A stretch of 64,000 nt of DNA from NCBI GenBank assembly GCA_964592105.1, contig CAZQBL010000004.1, positions 2,256-66,255 on the forward strand, written 5' to 3'. Position numbers and translations under genes: made by a program. Position 1 is the stretch's first letter. Each line of letters starts with the position of its first letter. Below are positions 58,153 to 64,000 of this stretch, piece by piece. Below the pieces are notes generated by a model, which was not told where the DNA came from, searched no databases, and was given only the letters and a program-made list of their open reading frames with translations. The stretch comes from an uncultured Gammaproteobacteria bacterium (GTDB lineage Bacteria > Patescibacteriota > Patescibacteriia > UBA10025 > JAHIVO01).

Positions 58153-59457
58153 ATGAGAATTACGAAATTTCACATTAATCGTTATAAAAGCTTCCTCAGG
58201 CCGTTTCACCTAGAAAAACCGGGGAATATCCATATTTTTATTGGGCCAAATAACACTGGCAAGACAAATATTCTGGATTCTTTGACCCAGCTTTATTCCG
58301 CAGACGATGTCAGACTACTGGACAATAATTCTGATATTAATATTGAGTTTAGGCTTAAAAGCAAGTATGGAAAATTATTAGCAGTTGAACAGAAAAACAG
58401 CCAAAAAAAATTTATCCTTGACGGGGAGAAAATTGAACAAGTGAATGCCGAAGCGATTTTAAAGCATCATTTGGTCAGACTTTGCGCAACGGTGCCTCAC
58501 GACATACCAAAGTTGCAAATGGTCTACGACGAATTTTATCATAATTACCCAGATTTATTTAAAATTTTTCATGATACTCTGCTCAAGTATTTTCCAGAGA
58601 TTAATATCACCGAGAAATTCCTAAAAACAACTTCTCTTCAAGAATTCGGAACAAGTCGCACCTTTGAAAGATTGGGGGCGGGTTTCCAGCAAGTTTTTGT
58701 AATGCTAATGTTTCTCTTTCATCCCGAGTATACTATTCTTCTATTGGAGGAACCAGAAATACATCTTCATCCCGCTTTAATAAAAAAACTTTTGACAGTT
58801 TTTGAAAGAGAAAACTTAGATAATCAGATTTTTTTGACAACTCACTCCCCACTGTTTATTCACCCCAACAATCTTCATCGCATTTTCCGAGTTATTAGAG
58901 AAAACGAATCAACAGTAGTGTATTCGCCGCGCTTGCAGGGAAAGGAAATCGATTACAGTCGTTTAACCCAGGAAATGAATGCCGACAACTGTGAAATGTT
59001 TTTTGCTGATAAGGTTTTGTTGGTCGAGGGTCCTTCTGATCATATTTTGATGCGCGGCTTAATAGATAGATTTTACCAGGGTACCAAAGAAATAAAAGTA
59101 ATTCAGGTTTACGGCAAGAGCAATATTGATATTTATAGTGAATTATTGGAAATGTTTCAAATTCCTTATGCTGTTTTGTTGGATCAGGATGCCTTGAAAG
59201 ACGTTGGTTTGAATCTAATTCAAAAACATATCAAGGATTGGAGTTTTAAAACTGAAAAAAATTTAGCATCGATGCTCAAAAAACATGATATTTTTATTTT
59301 ACCAAATGGCAGTATCGAAAAAAACTATCCACTCAAATACCAAAAACATCACAAACACAAACCACTTAACGCATTTCGCGCCGCGAATAAAATTACTTTA
59401 GACGAATATCGGTCGCCCCTTATGAAAAACATTAGGGAAGTAATCGAAAATCTATAA
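58153..59457 (+). CDS. OLD-family ATPase-Toprim nuclease (overcoming lysogenization defect family; GajA-like), standalone
   Basis: N-terminal ABC-type ATPase head (INRYKSF...IFIGPNNTGKTNILDSL, as in P2 Old ISNFRSC...LVGYNNAGKSNIIL), signature LLLEEPEIHLHP and C-terminal Toprim VLLVEGPSDHILMRGL. Confidence 0.6.
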   Translation: MRITKFHINRYKSFLRPFHLEKPGNIHIFIGPNNTGKTNILDSLTQLYSADDVRLLDNNSDINIEFRLKSKYGKLLAVEQKNSQKKFILDGEKIEQVNAEAILKHHLVRLCATVPHDIPKLQMVYDEFYHNYPDLFKIFHDTLLKYFPEINITEKFLKTTSLQEFGTSRTFERLGAGFQQVFVMLMFLFHPEYTILLLEEPEIHLHPALIKKLLTVFERENLDNQIFLTTHSPLFIHPNNLHRIFRVIRENESTVVYSPRLQGKEIDYSRLTQEMNADNCEMFFADKVLLVEGPSDHILMRGLIDRFYQGTKEIKVIQVYGKSNIDIYSELLEMFQIPYAVLLDQDALKDVGLNLIQKHIKDWSFKTEKNLASMLKKHDIFILPNGSIEKNYPLKYQKHHKHKPLNAFRAANKITLDEYRSPLMKNIREVIENL

Positions 59458-59461
59458 TTCT

Positions 59462-60529
59462 ATGAGTACAAAGAAAAAGCCGACTGTTTTTGTGGCCATG
59501 TCCGGAGGCGTCGACTCTTCTGTCGCCGCATTGTTGCTCAAACAACAAGGTTTTGAGGTCACTGGCGTTTATATGAAAAATTGGTCAGATCCGTTGTCTG
59601 CTGAATGCCCATGGCAAAAGGATATCAAAGATTTTCTTAACGTTTGCCGCAAGCTTGGAATCAAACAAAAAATCGAAACATTTGAGGAGGAGTATCGTCG
59701 TAAAGTTGTAAATTATTTAATTTCTGGCTACAAGAAAGGCATTACTCCAAACCCCGATATGCTATGCAACCGTGAAATTAAATTTAAACTTTTCCTTGAT
59801 AAAGCCAGAAAAATGGGAGCCGACTATATAGCCACCGGTCACTATGTCATCAAAAAATCAAAAAAAGATAAATTTCAACTGTGGCAATCCAGGGATTCTC
59901 AAAAAGACCAATCATACTTTTTATCGCTTTTAAATCAAAATCAGCTAAAATATTCCTTGTTTCCTGTAGGCCAGTACCAAAAATCTGATATTAGGAAGAT
60001 AGCCAAGAAAGCTGGGCTGACGGTCCACAATAAAAAGGATAGTCAAGGAATTTGTTTTATCGGAAAAGTGAAATTTAGAAATTTTTTACGACAATTTGTA
60101 AAACCAAAACCAGGCATAGTAAAAAACACGGAAGGTAAAATTGTTGGTAAACACCCAGGATTATCTTTTTTCACCATCGGCCAGAGGCACGGTTTGAATA
60201 TCGGGGGTGGGCGACCGTATTTTGTTGTAAAAAAGATCAAATCCACCAACACTCTGGTAGTGGCTGAAAACCAAAAGGATAAGCACTTATACAGCCGCGG
60301 CCTAAAAACAACTAGTTTTTCTTGGATAGCAGGTCAGGCGCCAAGATTGCCCTTAAAATGCCGGGCTCGTATACGCTACCGTCAACCACTTCAAAAATGC
60401 ACTGTCAAAAAAATAAAAAAACAATTATACATTACTTTTGACAAACCCCAGCGCGCTGTTACGCCCGGTCAATTTGTAGTATTATATAAGGGCGGTCAAA
60501 TGCTCGGTGGTGGAGAAATTTCCATTTAG
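59462..60529 (+). CDS. mnmA: tRNA-specific 2-thiouridylase
   Basis: PP-loop VFVAMSGGVDSSVAA and catalytic Cys residues in the MnmA arrangement. Confidence 0.85.
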   Translation: MSTKKKPTVFVAMSGGVDSSVAALLLKQQGFEVTGVYMKNWSDPLSAECPWQKDIKDFLNVCRKLGIKQKIETFEEEYRRKVVNYLISGYKKGITPNPDMLCNREIKFKLFLDKARKMGADYIATGHYVIKKSKKDKFQLWQSRDSQKDQSYFLSLLNQNQLKYSLFPVGQYQKSDIRKIAKKAGLTVHNKKDSQGICFIGKVKFRNFLRQFVKPKPGIVKNTEGKIVGKHPGLSFFTIGQRHGLNIGGGRPYFVVKKIKSTNTLVVAENQKDKHLYSRGLKTTSFSWIAGQAPRLPLKCRARIRYRQPLQKCTVKKIKKQLYITFDKPQRAVTPGQFVVLYKGGQMLGGGEISI

Positions 60530-61241
60530 TAATCAAATTGTACTTAAGACTACTATTAAAATGTTATTTACTTCAAAAAGAAAAATATTGGCAATTATCA
60601 TCGCAGTTATTTTATCGACGCCTTTTATATCCTTAGCAACCACAATTAACCCAACGGATGATCAAAAATTAGGAAATGTGGACACTCTTATCATTGAAAT
60701 ATTTTTGTGGTTTATCTTTATTACTTTAGCTTCATTTGTAACCTATTTTATGGTTAACACTTTTATTTTGATTAGCAATAACCGCAGGTATCGCCGGCAA
60801 CTCCATAAAAATCCAGAAGAAAATAGTGTACAGGCGAAAGATCAAATGGCTAAAATCTTAATTGCAGTTAAAAATGCCGAGAAAAGGTTAGGTTTGTTGG
60901 GTGCAATAATTGTTTTTTTTATAATCGTTTACCTAATACTATCTTCGTACATATATTTACCAACACAGGTGCGCGAGCATATGTGGCAGGTTATTTATTA
61001 CGGTGTAGGATTTCTAACTTTATTGATTATTTTTTACTCTATTTCCTATTTATCACAAAAAATACAATTAAATGGTCTACCTGACGATGATTTGCAAAAG
61101 CAAAGAATATTCAGTAACATTGATAGAACGAAGAGAAAACTTAAAATACTTATTCTTATCGTTTTCTCGCTCATTTTGACATATCTAGTTTTACTAGTTT
61201 CTATCATGAAAGAAATAAATCAACTAAGTTTTTGGCGATAA
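60507..61241 (+). CDS. Membrane protein (hypothetical)
   Basis: 244 aa with 4-5 TM helices and no motif recognised. Confidence 0.3.
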   Translation: MVEKFPFSNQIVLKTTIKMLFTSKRKILAIIIAVILSTPFISLATTINPTDDQKLGNVDTLIIEIFLWFIFITLASFVTYFMVNTFILISNNRRYRRQLHKNPEENSVQAKDQMAKILIAVKNAEKRLGLLGAIIVFFIIVYLILSSYIYLPTQVREHMWQVIYYGVGFLTLLIIFYSISYLSQKIQLNGLPDDDLQKQRIFSNIDRTKRKLKILILIVFSLILTYLVLLVSIMKEINQLSFWR

Positions 61242-61250
61242 TTTATCACT

Positions 61251-63080
61251 ATGCGATCCGAAAAAATACGTAAAAAATTTATCGATTTTTTCCTCAAAAA
61301 CAAGCATAAATTAGTTGAGTCGTCTTCTCTCTGGCCCAAAGACGATGCTTCGGTTTTACTTACTACCGCCGGTATGCAACAATTTAAGCCGTTTTTTTTG
61401 GGTATCAGAGATCCGCAAATTGACCTTAATTCTAAAATTTTTGTCTCGTCTCAACGTTGTTTCCGTACTTCCGATATAGATGAGGTTGGCGATGCAACTC
61501 ATGCCACATTTTTTGAAATGCTCGGCAATTTTTCAATCGGCGCCTACTTTAAAGATGAGGCAATTAATTTGGCTTGGAAATTTTTAACCAAGGAACTCCA
61601 TCTTAATATAAAAAAACTGTGGGCCACCTATTTTATTGGTGATAAAAACGTCAAAACTGATTCAGAAACCGTTAAAATCTGGAAAAAATTCCTACCGGAA
61701 CATAGAATCATTGGTTACGGTGCTCATGATAATTGGTGGGGTCCACCCGGCAAGTCTGGCCCTTGTGGACCATGCTCCGAGATTCATTACGATTTTACCA
61801 GTCAACCTTGCGTTAAAAAAGAAAAATGTTTACCTAACTGCGAATGCGGCAGATTTATGGAGCTTTGGAATTTGGTTTTTATGGAATATTATCTCGACGA
61901 AGCTGGCAAGCTCAGCAAGCTTCCCTTCAAAAACATTGATACCGGCATGGGACTTGAACGTTTGGCCCTAATTATGCAAAAAAAACAAAATATTTTTGAA
62001 ACCGATCTATACAGTACTTTAATGCTAAAAATTCGCCAAAACAAAATTTTTGGACAGGTTAGTGAAATAGAAGATTTAATCAGAGCAAGGATAGTTTCGG
62101 ATCATATTAAGGGCAGTGTTTTTCTTCTGGCCGATGGCATTAACTTCGGTAATAAGGAGCAGGGCTACATTTTAAGAAGGATTTTCAGAAGAGCCTTAGA
62201 TCAGTTTCAGTTGCCGAATATAGATTTAAATTTTATTTTTGAACTTGTTGATGTGGTAATCAAAAAGTATGCTAAAAACTTTAAATATTTGAATCATCGT
62301 CGTCAAGACATCTTAGATCAAATGAAAATTGAGTTTGATCAGTATTCAAAAGTCCTCAAACTGAACATAGAAGCCTTGGTCAAAAAAATAAAATCGGAAA
62401 ATAGCAAAAAACAGTTTGGCGAACAGACTGGGCCCTCCGGACGACATCTTTCAGCGCATGAGGTTTTCGTGTTGTATACAACCTATGGTCTGTCACCTGA
62501 TCGACTAAAAAAAATCGGATTTAATTTTAATACCAATGAATTTGAAAAAGAAGTTGAAAAACACCAGGCCATATCTCGGGCTGGTGCCGAAAAAAAATTT
62601 GGTGGCCATGGGCTGAACAGTTCGAAACTTTCCCCAGAACAAAAAAGTAAAATGACCCGTTTTCATACGGCCACTCATTTATTACACCAAGCGCTGCGTC
62701 AAGTTTTGGGCAAAACTGTCAAACAACAAGGATCTGATATTAATTATGAGCGTCTCCGTTTCGACTTTGATTATCCCCAAAAACTTACGCAGGATCAAAT
62801 AAACCAAGTTGAAAAGATGGTCAATGATGTTATAAAAAAGAATTTGCCGGTAACTTTTGAAAAAATGACCTTGGCCGAGGCAATTAGACGCGGTGCCTTA
62901 GCTTTTTTTAAAGAAAAGTACCCCGAAAATGTAACTGTATACTCGATAGGCGACTTCTCCAAAGAAATTTGCGGCGGTCCGCATGTCAAAAATACCTCGG
63001 AAATTGGGGAATTCAAAATAATTTCTGAAAAATCATCTTCAGCCGGAATTCGACGCATAAAAGCAAGTATTCAGCCATAA
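61251..63080 (+). CDS. alaS: Alanine--tRNA ligase, short form lacking the C-Ala domain
   Basis: AlaRS catalytic-core N-terminus (FLKNKHKLVESSSLWPKDDASVLLTTAGMQQFKP) and editing-domain zinc motifs (HTATHLLHQAL...CGGPHV). It ends about 250 aa earlier than the canonical AlaRS. Confidence 0.8.
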   Translation: MRSEKIRKKFIDFFLKNKHKLVESSSLWPKDDASVLLTTAGMQQFKPFFLGIRDPQIDLNSKIFVSSQRCFRTSDIDEVGDATHATFFEMLGNFSIGAYFKDEAINLAWKFLTKELHLNIKKLWATYFIGDKNVKTDSETVKIWKKFLPEHRIIGYGAHDNWWGPPGKSGPCGPCSEIHYDFTSQPCVKKEKCLPNCECGRFMELWNLVFMEYYLDEAGKLSKLPFKNIDTGMGLERLALIMQKKQNIFETDLYSTLMLKIRQNKIFGQVSEIEDLIRARIVSDHIKGSVFLLADGINFGNKEQGYILRRIFRRALDQFQLPNIDLNFIFELVDVVIKKYAKNFKYLNHRRQDILDQMKIEFDQYSKVLKLNIEALVKKIKSENSKKQFGEQTGPSGRHLSAHEVFVLYTTYGLSPDRLKKIGFNFNTNEFEKEVEKHQAISRAGAEKKFGGHGLNSSKLSPEQKSKMTRFHTATHLLHQALRQVLGKTVKQQGSDINYERLRFDFDYPQKLTQDQINQVEKMVNDVIKKNLPVTFEKMTLAEAIRRGALAFFKEKYPENVTVYSIGDFSKEICGGPHVKNTSEIGEFKIISEKSSSAGIRRIKASIQP

Positions 63081-63085
63081 ACTTA

Positions 63086-63113
63086 TTGACATAACTAAAA
63101 TATCTGATATAAT
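63086..63113 (+). promoter_or_regulatory. Near-consensus promoter for infA-rpmJ-rpsM: TTGACA-16-TATAAT
   Basis: Both hexamers are perfect and lie about 115 nt upstream of infA. Confidence 0.5.
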
Positions 63114-63226
63114 CAATTTAACATAAAATTTAACATCAAGTTGAATACGCAAGAATTAGTCAAGAAATCGCGAAAATTAGCGAAAAATGGTACTATTCTT
63201 GCCTGATTTATTGGCAAGATTTTTTA

Positions 63227-63490
63227 TTGGATAACACTATGAATCAGCCAATTGGCGACTCAAGCCAATACCGTACAAATAAAAAAGGTTTTATCGAGGT
63301 TGCCGGCACTGTCGAGGAATTATTACCGGCTGCTAATTTTAAAGTAAAGCTGGACAACGGTTATATTATATTTGCACATCTTTCAGGAAAAATGCGTATG
63401 AATAAAATTAAAATACTGCCAGGTGATAAAGTTTTGGTTGAAATGACTCCTTATGACCTAACAAAAGGACGTATAACCTACCGACAATAG
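63227..63490 (+). CDS. infA: Translation initiation factor IF-1
   Basis: S1-like domain with [32 protein letters not shown]...[11 protein letters not shown]. The start could alternatively be M at 63239. Confidence 0.8.
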   Translation: MDNTMNQPIGDSSQYRTNKKGFIEVAGTVEELLPAANFKVKLDNGYIIFAHLSGKMRMNKIKILPGDKVLVEMTPYDLTKGRITYRQ

Positions 63491-63494
63491 AATT

Positions 63495-63608
63495 ATGAAA
63501 GTCAGAGCCTCTGTAAAAAAAATTTGTTCGAAATGTCAAATTATAAGACGTAAAAAGAGGGTTTACGTCATTTGTTCAAATCCTAAGCACAAACAACGTC
63601 AAGGATAA
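63495..63608 (+). CDS. rpmJ: 50S ribosomal protein L36
   Basis: Translates to [37 protein letters not shown]. It falls below the ORF-track minimum length, so it was found by hand translation. Confidence 0.85.
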   Translation: MKVRASVKKICSKCQIIRRKKRVYVICSNPKHKQRQG

Positions 63609-63612
63609 TCAT

Positions 63613-64000
63613 ATGGCCGCACGTATCGCAGGCGTGACCCTGCCCAACAACAAAAGAATTGAAATCGCCTTAACCTATATTTTCGGTATAGGCCTGACTT
63701 CAGCGAATAAAATTCTGGATCAGACACATATAGATAAAAACAAGAGAACTCAGGATTTAACCGATGAAGAAGTTAATAAACTTCGAGAAATCATAGAAAA
63801 AAATTACAAAGTTGAAGGTGAATTGAAGCGCGAAATACTGATGAATATAAAAAGATTAAAAGAAATTGGCAGTTATAGAGGACAACGCCATGCTAAAGGA
63901 CTGCCAGTGCGTGGTCAGCGTACCAAAACCAATTCTCGGACCGTGAGAGGTAATGTTCGAAGAACTATGGGTTCCGGACGTAAACCACCTGCTGAAAAAA
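63613..64000 (+). CDS. rpsM: 30S ribosomal protein S13 (3' end truncated by the window edge)
   Basis: [35 protein letters not shown]... is the canonical S13 sequence. Confidence 0.85.
   Translation, partial: MAARIAGVTLPNNKRIEIALTYIFGIGLTSANKILDQTHIDKNKRTQDLTDEEVNKLREIIEKNYKVEGELKREILMNIKRLKEIGSYRGQRHAKGLPVRGQRTKTNSRTVRGNVRRTMGSGRKPPAEK

Noticed and set aside
1-64000. CRISPR arrays, tRNA or rRNA genes, IS elements, integrases
   Set aside because: No regularly spaced direct repeats, no tRNA-like T-arm/acceptor pattern in any intergenic spacer over 60 nt, and no transposase or integrase-like ORFs were seen on visual inspection. A covariance-model scan would be needed to exclude them fully.

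Overview
The window is AT-rich and gene-dense, with short intergenic spacers and many overlapping stop/start junctions. The gene content (reduced housekeeping set, divergent orthologues) is consistent with a Patescibacteria/CPR-like or other small-genome monoderm bacterium; this is inference, not something the sequence shows directly. No rRNA, tRNA or CRISPR array was recognised by eye.

Contents in order:

1. **Cell-surface glycan island (1-13.1 kb).** It encodes a sialic-acid-type NeuC/NeuB pair, which runs off the 5' edge. A disrupted SAM-methyltransferase follows, then a GT4 and a GtrB-like GT2 glycosyltransferase, a UDP-glucuronate-epimerase-like SDR and a GT-C (PMT/ArnT-like) membrane transferase. 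Downstream are a sequon-rich membrane protein and rmlB-rmlD-NUDIX-rmlA for dTDP-rhamnose; no rmlC is seen.
2. **Housekeeping block (14.5-19.8 kb).** It contains murA, an S41 C-terminal protease, acylphosphatase, rplI, pyrG and a convergent rpmA.
3. **Type IV pilus operon on the minus strand (19.8-30.0 kb).** It encodes pilB, pilC, a 771-aa giant pilin-like protein, a 204-aa pilin, a Cys-rich 588-aa protein and pilM/N/O. It is driven by a near-consensus promoter and preceded by a GT39-family GT-C gene.
4. **dcw cluster (32-40 kb).** The order is mraY-murD-ftsW-murG-murC-(antisense unknown)-murB.
5. **SpeA-like arginine decarboxylase next to a divergent PurD-like ATP-grasp ligase.** A 500-bp GC-elevated spacer with gene remnants follows.
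6. **secA, a MiaB-family enzyme, an FG-GAP/L,D-transpeptidase fusion and secF.** The secD gene here carries an embedded parvulin (PpiC-type) motif block.
7. **A protein combining a sigma-70 region-4 HTH with a HARE-HTH domain.** It is followed by a translationally coupled membrane protein plus VirD4/TraG-like coupling ATPase.
8. **A strong-RBS mini-ORF and terminator locus that may be a small RNA or leader.**
9. **A standalone OLD-family ATPase-Toprim nuclease.** It is a defence-system candidate.
10. **Further housekeeping.** These are mnmA, a short alaS and infA-rpmJ-rpsM.

The most notable candidates for something new are the parvulin-bearing SecD, the membrane-protein/coupling-ATPase pair, the lone OLD nuclease, the speA/purD-like pair and the r4/HARE-HTH regulator.
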